Part shown: positions 38,490-48,892 of the stretch, one piece after another
How positions within the stretch are numbered: the stretch's first letter is position 1
Layout: each line of letters starts with the position of its first letter
From: Alphaproteobacteria bacterium
Lineage (GTDB): Bacteria; Pseudomonadota; Alphaproteobacteria; UBA828
Length of the DNA: 64,000 nucleotides
Assembly (NCBI GenBank): GCA_965237415.1
Contig: CBDEFM010000001.1
Span: 352,001 to 416,000 of the forward strand
Direction: 5' to 3'
Program-made: the position numbers and the translations under genes
The notes under the pieces: generated by a model
What the model was told of the DNA's origin: nothing
The model's input: only the letters and a program-made list of their open reading frames with translations
Databases searched by the model: none

Positions 38490-39410
38490 ATGGGAGCCCT
38501 GGAAGCCGTCATTCTGACGATCATCACGGCGTCCACGCCATTGCTGCTGGCGGCGACCGGGGAGCTCGTCACGGAACGCTCGGGCGTCCTCAACCTGGGC
38601 GTCGAAGGCATGATGATCATGGGCGCGGTGTGCAGTTTCGCCGCCGCCTACACGACCGGCTCGGCGCTGCTCGGCATTCTGGCCGGGCTGTACGCGGGCA
38701 TCGCTATGTCAATGCTCTTCGCCTTCCTGACCCAGACCTTGATGACCTCGCAGGTTGCGACCGGGCTGTCGCTCACCCTGCTGGGACTGGGGCTCTCGGG
38801 CCTGATCGGCGAGGGGTTCACGGGGCTGCCCGGGGTGAAGCTCGCATCAATCCACATCCCCCTCCTGAGCGACATTCCCTTCATCGGACCGATCCTGTTC
38901 GGCCAGGACATCCTGGTCTACGCCTCTCTGGCGCTGACCGCGGCCGTCGGCTATGTGCTGTTTCGCACCCGGATCGGCCTCGTCATCAACGCGGTAGGCA
39001 ACAATCACCATTCTGCCCACGCGCTCGGCTACGGCGTGATCAGGGTGCGCTATGCCTGCATCGGCTTCGGCGGCGCCTGCTCCGGCTTGGCCGGCGCGTA
39101 TCTGGCGCTTGCCTACACCACGCAGTGGATCGAGAGCATGAGCGCGGGCCGCGGCTGGATCGCGCTCGCGCTGGTCGTCTTTTCCACTTGGCTGCCCAAG
39201 CGCCTGTTTATCGGGGCCTATCTCTTCGGCACGGTCTGGATCATGGGCCTCTACGTCCAGGGTATGGGCGTCGGGATCCCGTCGCAGCTATTGTCGTCCT
39301 TGCCCTACCTCGTCACGATAGTGGTGCTGGTTATCATTTCAGGGAACAGGTCTTTGATCAGGGTGAACACGCCCGCGTGCATCGGGCAGCCCTTCGCGCC
39401 TGAGAGGTAG
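38490..39410 (+). CDS. ABC transporter permease
   Basis: ERSGVLNLGVEG and AGRGWIALALV. Confidence 0.9.
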   Translation: MGALEAVILTIITASTPLLLAATGELVTERSGVLNLGVEGMMIMGAVCSFAAAYTTGSALLGILAGLYAGIAMSMLFAFLTQTLMTSQVATGLSLTLLGLGLSGLIGEGFTGLPGVKLASIHIPLLSDIPFIGPILFGQDILVYASLALTAAVGYVLFRTRIGLVINAVGNNHHSAHALGYGVIRVRYACIGFGGACSGLAGAYLALAYTTQWIESMSAGRGWIALALVVFSTWLPKRLFIGAYLFGTVWIMGLYVQGMGVGIPSQLLSSLPYLVTIVVLVIISGNRSLIRVNTPACIGQPFAPER

Positions 39411-39502
39411 AGGGGGAGTGAAGCCGCTGGCGCGTCACGGTGAGCGTTGGCGGAACAACATGTTGCACCGCATGGACACTTGCTGAAGCGAAAGGAGTCA
39501 TC

Positions 39503-40573
39503 ATGAAGAAGCTCATTGGAATGGTCGCGGTCGCGCTGGCGATGACCCTCGCCTCGGGCGCCGCATCCGCTGCCGACAAGCTGAAGGTCGGTTTCATCTA
39601 TGTCGGACCCATCGGCGATCATGGCTGGACCTACGCCCATGACCAGGGCCGCCTCGCGCTCGAGGGGGAACTCGGTGACATGGTCGAGACCGTGTACGTC
39701 GAGAGCGTGCCGGAGGGCGCGGACGCCGAGCGCGCCATCGAGCGACTGGCGCGGCAGGGTGCCGGGCTGATCTTCACCACGTCCTTCGGCTACATGAACC
39801 CGACGATCAAGGTCGCCGAGCGCTTTCCCGACGTGAAGTTCGAGCACGCGACCGGCTACAAGCAATCCGACAACGTCGCGTCCTACAACGCGCGCTTCCA
39901 TGAAGGCCGGTATGTCATCGGCCAGATCGCCGCGCGGACGTCCAAGTCGGGGGTTGCCGGCTATATCGCGTCCTTCCCCATTCCCGAGGTCGTGATGGGC
40001 ATCAACGCTTTCCTGCTCGGCGCGCAGACCGTAAACCCAGACTTCAAGCTCAAGGTGGTCTGGGTCAACACGTGGTTCGATCCGGGCAAGGAAGCCGACG
40101 CCGCGAAGGTGTTGATCGGCCAGGGCGCGGACATCATCACGCAGCACACCGATTCGACGGCGCCCCTGCAGATCGCCGAAGAGCAAGGTGTGCACGCCTT
40201 CGGTCAGGCCTCCGACATGATCCACTTCGCCCCCAAGGCGCAGTTGACGTCGATCATCGACAACTGGGCCCCCTACTACATCGAGCGTGCCAAGGCGGTG
40301 CTCGGCGGGACCTGGGAGTCGTCGGACACGTGGAACGGCATGGCCGCGGGTACGGTCAAGATGGCGCCCTACACCAACATGCCCGATGACGTCGCGGCGG
40401 CGGCGATGGAAACGGAAGCCATGATCGCCTCCGGGGAACTCAACCCCTTCGCCGGTCCCGTGTACAAGCAGGACGGCACGCTGGCCGTGCCCGAAGGCGA
40501 GATCATGGACGACGGGACGCTGGCGGGCATGAACTGGTACGTCCAAGGCGTCGACGACACCTTGCCGGAATAG
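39503..40573 (+). CDS. BMP-family purine/nucleoside-binding protein
   Basis: ATG at 39503 with AAGGAG; signal peptide; GFIYVGPIGDHGWTYAH and TTSFGYM. Confidence 0.9.
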   Translation: MKKLIGMVAVALAMTLASGAASAADKLKVGFIYVGPIGDHGWTYAHDQGRLALEGELGDMVETVYVESVPEGADAERAIERLARQGAGLIFTTSFGYMNPTIKVAERFPDVKFEHATGYKQSDNVASYNARFHEGRYVIGQIAARTSKSGVAGYIASFPIPEVVMGINAFLLGAQTVNPDFKLKVVWVNTWFDPGKEADAAKVLIGQGADIITQHTDSTAPLQIAEEQGVHAFGQASDMIHFAPKAQLTSIIDNWAPYYIERAKAVLGGTWESSDTWNGMAAGTVKMAPYTNMPDDVAAAAMETEAMIASGELNPFAGPVYKQDGTLAVPEGEIMDDGTLAGMNWYVQGVDDTLPE

Positions 40574-40784
40574 GCCGTTACCGATGCCGGCCGGCGCACC
40601 GTTCCTGCTGCGATGCAGGCCCGGTGCGCCGGCTGGCCCGGATTTCTCACCAATGTCGCGGCCTGCGTCGCGTGGGACGCGCGACGCGCTGCGCGCCTTT
40701 CCTGCCCTGTCGCCCTGAAAGCGCCGCGCAGACCATGCCCTTGGTGAGAAGTCCGGGCTAGCGTGAGGACCGGGAGACACGCGC

Positions 40785-41963
40785 TTGGCCGCCTTCGCCG
40801 TCGACTGGCTCAATCTACTCATTCGCTGGGCGCACATGATCGCCGGCATCGGCTGGATCGGCACCTCCTTCTATTTCATCGCTCTCGACGTCGCGCTGAA
40901 GAAGCGCGAGAAGATGAAGGAGGGCGTGCTGGGGACGGCGTGGCAGGTGCATGGCGGCGGCTTCTACCATGTCGAGAAGTTCACCGTTGCGCCGAAGGAG
41001 CTGCCCGGCGACCTGATCTGGTTCAAGTGGGAAGCCTATCTCACTTGGTTTACCGGCTTCCTGCTCCTGGTCGTACAATTCTATCTCAACGCCGGCACCT
41101 GGATGATCGATCCCGCGGTGCTGGACCTCGAGCCATTGCACGCGGTCGGCATCTCGGTGGCGAGCCTCGCCGTCGGTTGGTTCGTCTATGACGGCGTGTG
41201 CCGCTCACCCATCGGCAAGCGGCCGACCCTGCTCGCCGTCGCGACATTCCTGTGGATTCTCCTAGCGGCTTACATCTACACCAACGTCTTCTCCGGCCGC
41301 TCGGCGTTGATCCATGTCGGCGCCTTCATCGGCACCCTCATGGCGGCCAACGTGTTTGCGGTGATCATTCCCAATCAGAAGAAGATCACCCGGGCTTTGC
41401 TGGAGGCGCGAGAGCCGGACCCGAAGTTCGGCGCCATCGGCAAGCAGCGCTCGGTCCACAACACCTATCTGACGCTGCCGGTGCTCGTGACCATGGTGGG
41501 CGGGCATTACCCGATGCTGTCGGCGCATCCCCAGGCCTGGCTGATCGTCGCCTTCATCCTCGTCGGCGGCGCCTGCCTGCGCCACGCCTTCATCCGCCAC
41601 GAGGCGGGCGCCCCGTTCGCAGGTTTCGTCTGGACCCTGCCCGTCATGCTGATCGCCCTCTTCGCGGCCGTGTGGATGACCTCGCCTCAGCAACGGGAGA
41701 CGGCGGCGCTCGACGTTTCGGACGTGGAGGTCATGACCATCGTGGACAAGCACTGCGTGTCCTGCCACGCCGCGAGTCCGAGCCACGAAAGCTTTGACAC
41801 GCCGCCCAAGGACATCGTGCTGGAGACCATCGATGACCTGCACCGTCACGCGGAACTGGTGGATAAATTCACGGTTCAGACCCGCACCATGCCGCTCGGC
41901 AACGAAACCGGCATGACGGACGAGGAGCGCGGACAGCTCGGCGCCTGGATCGACAACAGGTAA
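40785..41963 (+). CDS. puuD: Membrane urate hydroxylase with cytochrome c domain
   Basis: WIGTSFYF, VHGGGFY, WFKWEAY and KQRSVHNTY; C-terminal CVSCH. Confidence 0.9.
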   Translation: MAAFAVDWLNLLIRWAHMIAGIGWIGTSFYFIALDVALKKREKMKEGVLGTAWQVHGGGFYHVEKFTVAPKELPGDLIWFKWEAYLTWFTGFLLLVVQFYLNAGTWMIDPAVLDLEPLHAVGISVASLAVGWFVYDGVCRSPIGKRPTLLAVATFLWILLAAYIYTNVFSGRSALIHVGAFIGTLMAANVFAVIIPNQKKITRALLEAREPDPKFGAIGKQRSVHNTYLTLPVLVTMVGGHYPMLSAHPQAWLIVAFILVGGACLRHAFIRHEAGAPFAGFVWTLPVMLIALFAAVWMTSPQQRETAALDVSDVEVMTIVDKHCVSCHAASPSHESFDTPPKDIVLETIDDLHRHAELVDKFTVQTRTMPLGNETGMTDEERGQLGAWIDNR

Positions 41964-41967
41964 GACC

Positions 41968-42516
41968 ATGGGCGACGGGACGATGGGCGGCAGGGCGGCA
42001 GGCATGCTCCTCTCCATCGGCGATCTCAACCGGATGACCGTGTCCGATTTCACCGCCAAATTCGGCGACGTGGCGGAGCATTCGCCCTGGATCGCCGAGC
42101 GTGCCGCCGGCGCCCGTCCCTTCGCCGACCGGGACGGGGTCGTCGGTGCATTTGCCGCTGCCCTGCGCGGCGCGGCGCGGGACGAGCAACTGGCCGTGCT
42201 GCGCGCGCACCCGGATCTCGCCGGCCGGGCGGCGGTCATCGGCGCATTGACCGAGACGTCCCGCAGGGAACAGACGGGCGCGGGCCTCGACCGGTTGACG
42301 CCTGAGGAATTTGAACGCTTCACCGCGCTCAATGCCGCCTACAAGGAACGCTTCGGGATACCCTTCATCTTCGCGGTCAAGGGCGCGACCAAGGAGATGA
42401 TCCTCGCCGCCTTCGAAGAGCGTCGCGCCAACGGGCGGGAGGCCGAACTCAAGAACGCGACCGACAATGTCTGCCGCATCATGCGCTTCCGCATCGAGGA
42501 TCGGATCGCGGGATGA
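41968..42516 (+). CDS. uraD: OHCU decarboxylase
   Basis: EHSPWIAE, RAHPDLAG, EQTGAGL and YKERFGIPFIFAVKG. Confidence 0.9.
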   Translation: MGDGTMGGRAAGMLLSIGDLNRMTVSDFTAKFGDVAEHSPWIAERAAGARPFADRDGVVGAFAAALRGAARDEQLAVLRAHPDLAGRAAVIGALTETSRREQTGAGLDRLTPEEFERFTALNAAYKERFGIPFIFAVKGATKEMILAAFEERRANGREAELKNATDNVCRIMRFRIEDRIAG

Positions 42517-43853
42517 CGACGGGCGCCGATACCGCAGCGCGGGTTCTGCGCGGTCGCACGGTGAGCTTCAGGGACGATCCCCGCTTTGTCGGCCCCGACC
42601 AGGCGATGCACGGCCACGACGACGGCGCGGTGGTCATAGGCCAGCGGGGCCGCATCCTGTGGCACGGCGATTTCGCCAACCTGCCGCGGGAACACGCCGA
42701 CGCTCCGTGCGACCGCTATGGCGGCGAGGTCATCCTGCCCGGATTAATCGATGCACACGTTCACTTCCCGCAACACCGCATGTTGGCAGCGCCCGCGCAC
42801 GACCTGCTCGAATGGCTCAATCGCTTCGCCTTCCCCGAGGAAGCGCGATACGCCTCCGAGGACCATGCCGCGGCGGCCGCGGAGAGCTTTCTCGACAAGC
42901 TCGTGAGCCACGGCACCACCAGCGCCCTCGTCTTCTCCTCGGTGCATGGGAAAGCGGCCGTCTGCCTCTTTCGGGCGGCGCGGCGGCGCGGACTCTGTCT
43001 GATAACGGGGGCGACCATGATGGACCGCAACGCTCCCCAAGCCGTGACTCAGGACGCCGAAGCGAGCGCCCGGGAGAGCGCCGAACTCATCGCGTCGTGG
43101 CACGAGGTCGAACGCCTGCGCTACGCTCTCACGGTGCGTTTTGCCGTCACGTCGAGCGAAGCCCAGCTTCGACTTGCCGGCGAGCTCCTGGCGGACCATC
43201 CCGGCTGCCTGCTCCACACTCATCTCTCGGAGAGCGCTGCGGAGATCGATCTGGTGAAGCGGCTGTTTCCCTGGTCGAAGGACTACACCGATGTCTATGA
43301 GCGGTTCGGCCTCGTGGGTGAGAACGCCGTCTTCGCCCATGGCATCCACCTCTCGGAACGCGAATGCCAAGCCTTGCACGACGCAGGCTCGATGGTCGTC
43401 CATTGCCCGACCTCGAACGCTTTTCTGGGATCGGGCCTGTTCGACATCGAGCATGTGGGCGCGGCGCGGCGTCCGGTCAGAGTGGGCGTCGCCACGGACA
43501 TCGGCGGCGGCACCAGCTACTCCCTGCTCCAGACGCTCGCCGAGGCGTACAAGACCGCCAGGCAGAAGGGCTGCAGTTTCAGCGCCTTCGACGGGTTCTA
43601 CCTCGCCACCCTGGGCAATGCGCGCGGCCTTCGTCTCGATGCCGAGATCGGCACGCTCGATGCCGGACGCTGGGCCGATGTCGTTGTCCTCGACCCGTGG
43701 GCGACGCCGGTGCTGGCCGCCCGCCAAGAGCTCTCGGAGAGCCTGGAGGACATGCTGTTTGCGCTGATGATGCTGGGCGACGATCGCGCCGTGCGGGCGG
43801 TCTACGTCAAGGGCAGGAAGGTCGCCGGCCGGCTCCGCCGAGCACGACCGTGA
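42513..43853 (+). CDS. guaD: Guanine deaminase
   Basis: PGLIDAHVHFPQ, LLEWL, HTHLSE and TDIGGGTS. Confidence 0.9.
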   Translation: MTTGADTAARVLRGRTVSFRDDPRFVGPDQAMHGHDDGAVVIGQRGRILWHGDFANLPREHADAPCDRYGGEVILPGLIDAHVHFPQHRMLAAPAHDLLEWLNRFAFPEEARYASEDHAAAAAESFLDKLVSHGTTSALVFSSVHGKAAVCLFRAARRRGLCLITGATMMDRNAPQAVTQDAEASARESAELIASWHEVERLRYALTVRFAVTSSEAQLRLAGELLADHPGCLLHTHLSESAAEIDLVKRLFPWSKDYTDVYERFGLVGENAVFAHGIHLSERECQALHDAGSMVVHCPTSNAFLGSGLFDIEHVGAARRPVRVGVATDIGGGTSYSLLQTLAEAYKTARQKGCSFSAFDGFYLATLGNARGLRLDAEIGTLDAGRWADVVVLDPWATPVLAARQELSESLEDMLFALMMLGDDRAVRAVYVKGRKVAGRLRRARP

Positions 43854-43872
43854 CCCTGGCAAGAATTCCGGG

Positions 43873-44973
43873 CTAACCGATCAGGCGAAGCTCGCGCGGA
43901 AACGACGTGAGCGAGCGAGAGCCATCCTCGGTGATGGTCACGTCGTCCTCGATCCTGATGCCGACATCGCCTGACCCGTAGAGGCCGGGCTCGACGGTTA
44001 TGACGAAACCCGGCTCCAGCGTCTGGTGGTTCCCGACCATGACCTGCGGTGCCTCGTGCACGTCGAGCCCGAGCCCGTGGCCGGTCTTGTGCACGATCAT
44101 GTCCGCGAAGGGCGAGGAACGGAGCACGTCGGTCACGGCCGTGTCCAAATCGTGCGCCGTGACGCCCGGCCCGGCGATGCGGCGGCCGAGCGCATTCGCC
44201 GCACGCACGGTCTCGTAAATCTCTGCATGGCGGTCGTTCACGTGCTCGCAGAAGAATGTGCGCGTGATGTCCGCGCTGAATCCGTCGATCTTCGCCCCGA
44301 AATCGATCAGGAGCGCATCGCCGGGTTCGAGCGGCGTGTCGCCCGGCGTTCCGTGCGGGTTCGCCGCATTGGCGCCCGCCAGCACGATGGGATCGAAGCC
44401 GAATGCTGCCGACCCGTGGGCGAGCATGCGGGTCTTCAGCAGTGCCGCGATGGTCTGCTCGGTATCGCCGGCGCCGACCTCTTCCAGGGTTTCTCCCAGC
44501 GCCAGCTCGCTGATCTGGATTGCGCGGGAGAGGCTTGCGATCTCATCCTCGTCCTTGGCGATGCGAAGCGCCTGAAGGGCCGCATCGGCATTCCGTACCT
44601 CGCCGTTCCCCATGTGGCGGCGAAGGGCATCGTATTCGAACATGCGCATCCGCCCGCCTTCGACGCCCATCGCCGCAGCCCCCATCGCGCGCGTCGCGGC
44701 CTTGAAGGCGTCTTCAAAGCCGTCGCTGTCCTGCCAGTAGAAGGTCTCCGCATCGGGGAAAGCGCTCGACCACTTGAGGCGTTCGAGCTCCGGCATGATG
44801 GCAAGGATGCCGCCCGTTTCCGTGACGAACAGCAGCGTCGGGCGCTCCATCAGGGGGAAGTCGAGGCCGGTCAGGTATTGGAAGTTGGGCCCAGGCACGA
44901 AGGCGGCGGCATCCAGGCCCGCGCCTCGGATCAGCTGGGCTGCACGGTCACGGCGCCCGGCATGGCGGGTCAT
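43873..44973 (-). CDS. M24 Xaa-Pro dipeptidase/aminopeptidase-family protein
   Basis: LIDFG, ADITRT, GHGLGLDVHE, TVEPG and RIEDD metal ligands intact. Confidence 0.88.
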   Translation of the reverse strand: MTRHAGRRDRAAQLIRGAGLDAAAFVPGPNFQYLTGLDFPLMERPTLLFVTETGGILAIMPELERLKWSSAFPDAETFYWQDSDGFEDAFKAATRAMGAAAMGVEGGRMRMFEYDALRRHMGNGEVRNADAALQALRIAKDEDEIASLSRAIQISELALGETLEEVGAGDTEQTIAALLKTRMLAHGSAAFGFDPIVLAGANAANPHGTPGDTPLEPGDALLIDFGAKIDGFSADITRTFFCEHVNDRHAEIYETVRAANALGRRIAGPGVTAHDLDTAVTDVLRSSPFADMIVHKTGHGLGLDVHEAPQVMVGNHQTLEPGFVITVEPGLYGSGDVGIRIEDDVTITEDGSRSLTSFPRELRLIG

Positions 44974-45701
44974 AGCGCTCCAAGCCCCTCACCAAAGCGC
45001 TCTAGACCCATCTTCGCCCCGAACCGGGGTTCAAGAGAGCGGACAATGATCGCGACGTCGGCCAGGATCATTCGCTCGATGGCGCGGTCGCTCGCGTCGG
45101 CATCGCCGGCAAGAATCGCTTCTACGAGCGCCTTCAGGCAGTCGGCCGACGCACGGCGCTCGTCCGCGGTCGCATTCGGAACGTAGTGGAGCACCCGCAT
45201 CCGCATGCCCGCATCGATGACCTGCTCGAAGAACTTGATCAGGAAGATATTGCCGGAAAGCCCCGCCAGATGGCGAAGCACCTCCAGCTCGCTCCTGAGC
45301 GACGCTTCCCAGTCTTCGGCTTCCACGGCCCGGACGAAGCGCTGTACATGCTCGTTCAGTACCTCCGCTTCGGCCCGGCCGGAGACCGCCGCCGCCCGTG
45401 CCACAGCCCGGGAGATGATCAACGCGGTGTCCAGATAATCGCCGGTGTTGTCGAGCGAGAAGGGCGCCACAATGCTGGTCCGGTTCGGCAGGAACTGGAC
45501 CAGTCTTTCGCCCGCGAGCAGGAGCAGGGCCTCCCGGATAGGCGTGCGCGAGACCTCGAAGCGGGCAGCCAGGTCGCGCTCGTCGAGGGCGGAGCCTGGG
45601 GCGATCCGCAGCCAGAGAATCTCCTCGCGAAGAACGTCATACACCTGCAGGGCGCCGCGGCGCCCGCGCTTCCTGGGAGTTGCCTTGATCTTCGCTGCCA
45701 T
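44970..45701 (-). CDS. GntR-family (FCD) regulator
   Basis: LAARFEVSRTPIREAL HTH. Confidence 0.88.
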   Translation of the reverse strand: MAAKIKATPRKRGRRGALQVYDVLREEILWLRIAPGSALDERDLAARFEVSRTPIREALLLLAGERLVQFLPNRTSIVAPFSLDNTGDYLDTALIISRAVARAAAVSGRAEAEVLNEHVQRFVRAVEAEDWEASLRSELEVLRHLAGLSGNIFLIKFFEQVIDAGMRMRVLHYVPNATADERRASADCLKALVEAILAGDADASDRAIERMILADVAIIVRSLEPRFGAKMGLERFGEGLGAL

Positions 45702-45741
45702 GCTCCGAGATTCAGGCCGCCGGTACGCTTGCTCTGCCGGA

Positions 45742-45769
45742 TTGCATTATGTTTGCATAATGGTAGACT
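45742..45769. promoter_or_regulatory. Divergent promoter with palindromic operator
   Basis: CATTATG-TTTG-CATAATG (45745-45762) overlapping TTGCAT-16 bp-TAGACT. Confidence 0.6.
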
Positions 45770-45804
45770 GCGGGTAAGTCAAGATGCAGAAGGGAGACAT
45801 CGAA

Positions 45805-46803
45805 ATGACGCGATCCGTAACCTTGGCGCTCGGGGCCGCAGCCCTCGCCCTTGCCGTTGCGCTGGCCACCCCCGCAATGGCGCAATCGAAGAAAATCGCC
45901 TTCTTCGCGGCCTCTTCGCAGAACGGCTTCAACCAGGCCACGTTCGAAGGGGTCGAGGAAAGGGCCATCGAGCTTGGCTACGAGGCCGAGATCTTCGACG
46001 GCCAGTTCAACGCCAGCCACCAGTACAGCCAGATCGAGGACGTGCTCGCCAGCGGCCGGTTCGCGGGCATGATCGTGGCGCCCAACGACCCTGTCGGAAT
46101 CTCGGGCGCCTTCGAGCAGGTGATCGAAGCCGGAGTGCCGATCGCGACCGTGCTCTTCCCGATCGGGCCGGAGCTCAACACTCTGGAGCCGCAGGTGCCG
46201 GGAATCACGGCGACCGTTGCCTCGCCGCCCGTCGCCGGGGCCACCTGGCAGGCCGAGGCCGTGGCGGCCTACTGCGCCGACAAGGATCCCTGCAACGTCA
46301 TCATCATTATCGGCTTCAAGACCTTCCCCTTCGACAATCTCCGGCTCGAGACCTTCGAGAAGGTCCTCGCCCGGTATCCCAACATCAAGATCGTGGGAAC
46401 CGGCGAAGGCTGGTATTCGCCTGATACCTCGCTGAAGGCGATGCAGGACATGCTGCAGGCGGCGAAGGACGTGCATGCGGTGCTGTCGAATGCCGACCAG
46501 CATCTGGTGGGTGCGGAGATCGCGCTGGAGGCCGAGGGTTACACCGTGGCCGACCTCTACCTCGTCGGCGGCGGTGCCGCGGCGATCTCGATCGAGGCGA
46601 TCCGCGAAGGGCGCTGGGATGCCACCCTCGCCTACTTCCCCAAGACCATGGGCGCGCTGGCGATGGAGCAGATCGCCAACGCCGTCGAGGGCAAGCCCGT
46701 GACCAACGCCATCAACATGGACGTTTCGGGCCCGCTCCAGGCCATGATCGACACGGCTATTCTCGACGCCAACCCCGACTTCAGGGGCGAGTGGGAGCAG
46801 TAA
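45805..46803 (+). CDS. Sugar-type (Peripla_BP_4-like) ABC substrate-binding protein
   Basis: Signal peptide ending AMA; periplasmic-binding-protein type I pattern. Confidence 0.85.
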   Translation: MTRSVTLALGAAALALAVALATPAMAQSKKIAFFAASSQNGFNQATFEGVEERAIELGYEAEIFDGQFNASHQYSQIEDVLASGRFAGMIVAPNDPVGISGAFEQVIEAGVPIATVLFPIGPELNTLEPQVPGITATVASPPVAGATWQAEAVAAYCADKDPCNVIIIIGFKTFPFDNLRLETFEKVLARYPNIKIVGTGEGWYSPDTSLKAMQDMLQAAKDVHAVLSNADQHLVGAEIALEAEGYTVADLYLVGGGAAAISIEAIREGRWDATLAYFPKTMGALAMEQIANAVEGKPVTNAINMDVSGPLQAMIDTAILDANPDFRGEWEQ

Positions 46804-46814
46804 TCGACAATTCA

Positions 46815-46838
46815 CGCCGGGGCCTCCGGGCCCCGGCG
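46815..46838 (+). terminator. 10-bp hairpin after the SBP gene (attenuator or mRNA stabiliser)
   Basis: CGCCGGGGCC-TCCG-GGCCCCGGCG; no U tract. Confidence 0.5.
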
Positions 46839-46864
46839 ACCGATTAGCGCCGGGAGGTGCCGAC

Positions 46865-48892
46865 TTGACCCGACACTACCGGGTGTCAGCCGACATCGGC
46901 GGCACGTTCACGGATATCGTCTACCAGGATTGCTCGACCGGCGCGTGCGGCGCGACGAAAGTCCTCTCGACGCCGGTCGATCCGGCCCTCGCGGTGTTGC
47001 AGGGTATCGAGGCGGCCATTCCGCCCGAGGCGGCGATCGATTTCTTCGTTCACGGGACGACGGTGGGGCTGAATGCGCTCCTTACCCGGCGGGGCGCCAA
47101 GGTCGCGCTGCTCACCACCGAGAACTTCCGCGACATCTACACGATCCAGGGCAACGACCGCGGCGAAATCTTTTCGATCCGCTGGAACAAGCCCGAGCCG
47201 CTCGCGCCCCTGGAATACACGTTCACGGCGCGGGAGCGCATCGCCGCGACGGGCGAGGTCGTGACACCGCTCGACACTGGCGACCTCGACCGCCTCGTCG
47301 AGGCCGTCACGGAAGAGGGCTTCGAGGCGATCGCCATCGCTTTCCTCTTTTCCTTCAAGAACCCGGCGCATGAGCTGGAGGCGGCCGAATACCTCGCCGC
47401 CCGCCTGCCGGACGTTCCCATCGGCCTCTCGCACCGCGTCTCGCCGGAATGGCGGGAGTTCGAGCGCACCTCGACCACGGTGATGAACAGCTATCTTGCG
47501 CCGGTCGTGCGGCGATATCTGGAGACGCTGATCGGCGGGCTCAGCGATCGCCTGCCGAAAGGGCGAGGGCTGCACGTGATGCAGTCCAACGGCGGAGTCA
47601 TGACGGCCGAATCCGCCAGCGAGACACCGTTGCAGACCCTGCTCTCCGGCCCCGTCGGCGGAGCCATCGGCGGCAGGGCTCTCTCCGCCGCGACGGGGCG
47701 GCCCAACCTCATTTGCATCGACATGGGCGGCACCTCCTTCGACGCGAGCCTGATCATCGACGGGCTGCCGTCCGGCTCCAACGAGGCCAAGCTGGAGGGT
47801 CTGCCGGTTCAGATGTCGGTGGTGGATATCCACGTCATCGGCGCGGGCGGGGGCTCCATCGCGTGGGAGGAGGCGGGCGCCATGCGCGTCGGCCCGCAAT
47901 CGGCCGGTTCCATGCCGGGACCCGCCTGCTACGGGCTAGGCGGAACCGAGCCCACGGTCTCCGATGCCAATCTCGTGCTCGGCCGCCTGGATGGCGCGAA
48001 CTTCTCCGGCGGGGAGATGGCGCTCGACCGCGACGCGGCGGTTGGCGCGTTGCAGGGGATCGGCGATGCGTTCGGGCTGGCGACCGAGGCCATGGCGCAG
48101 GGCGTCGTGGATGTCGTGAACGCCAAGATGGCGGATGCGATCAGGACCATTACCGTCCAACGCGGCATCGATCCGCGGGATTTCTCCCTCGTGGCCTTCG
48201 GCGGGGCCGGCCCGGCCCAGGCGGGGGCGTTGGCCGAGGAGCTGCAGATCCGCGAGGTCATCGTGCCGGTGCACCCCGGCGCCTTCTCGGCCTGGGGCAT
48301 GCTGCAGACGGACGTGCGCCACGACTACAAGGAGACGCTCTACGGCTTCTGGGACCTCATGCAGCGCGCCGTTCTCGAATCGGCCTTCGCGGGGCTCGAG
48401 GAGAATGGCCGCCAACACCTCCTGGCCGAGGGAATCGCCGAGGACGCCATCGCCTTCGAGCGGGCCATCGACTTCCGCTACTACGGGCAGGAATACGTGC
48501 TCACCATCCCGGTTCCGCAGGAGCCCATCGACATGGGCGCCGTGCGAAAGACCTTCGATGTGGCGTACGATCGGCAGTATGGCCACTCCAGTCCGGAGAA
48601 CCGCGTTGAGATGGCGAATATTCGCGTGGCCGCGCTCGGTCGGTTGGCGCGCCCCGATTCCGCCCCGCCCGCGCAGGAGCCCGCGCGAGAGGCACGGGCG
48701 CGCGATGTCTTTTTCTCCGGCCGGCCAGTGAAGACGCCGGTCCTCGACCGTAACGGGCTCGAGATCGGCGACGCCGTGGCGGGCCCCGCCATCATCGAGG
48801 AATCGACGGCGACAACGCTGGTGCCGCCCGGCTGGCAAGCCACGGTGATCGAGGGCGGCCACCTCTCCATGACGCTGGAGGCGGGATCATGA
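46865..48892 (+). CDS. Hydantoinase A / 5-oxoprolinase alpha-type subunit
   Basis: DIGGTFTD, HGTTVGLN, SGPVGG, DMGGTSFD and GPQSAGSMPGPACY. Confidence 0.9.
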   Translation: MTRHYRVSADIGGTFTDIVYQDCSTGACGATKVLSTPVDPALAVLQGIEAAIPPEAAIDFFVHGTTVGLNALLTRRGAKVALLTTENFRDIYTIQGNDRGEIFSIRWNKPEPLAPLEYTFTARERIAATGEVVTPLDTGDLDRLVEAVTEEGFEAIAIAFLFSFKNPAHELEAAEYLAARLPDVPIGLSHRVSPEWREFERTSTTVMNSYLAPVVRRYLETLIGGLSDRLPKGRGLHVMQSNGGVMTAESASETPLQTLLSGPVGGAIGGRALSAATGRPNLICIDMGGTSFDASLIIDGLPSGSNEAKLEGLPVQMSVVDIHVIGAGGGSIAWEEAGAMRVGPQSAGSMPGPACYGLGGTEPTVSDANLVLGRLDGANFSGGEMALDRDAAVGALQGIGDAFGLATEAMAQGVVDVVNAKMADAIRTITVQRGIDPRDFSLVAFGGAGPAQAGALAEELQIREVIVPVHPGAFSAWGMLQTDVRHDYKETLYGFWDLMQRAVLESAFAGLEENGRQHLLAEGIAEDAIAFERAIDFRYYGQEYVLTIPVPQEPIDMGAVRKTFDVAYDRQYGHSSPENRVEMANIRVAALGRLARPDSAPPAQEPAREARARDVFFSGRPVKTPVLDRNGLEIGDAVAGPAIIEESTATTLVPPGWQATVIEGGHLSMTLEAGS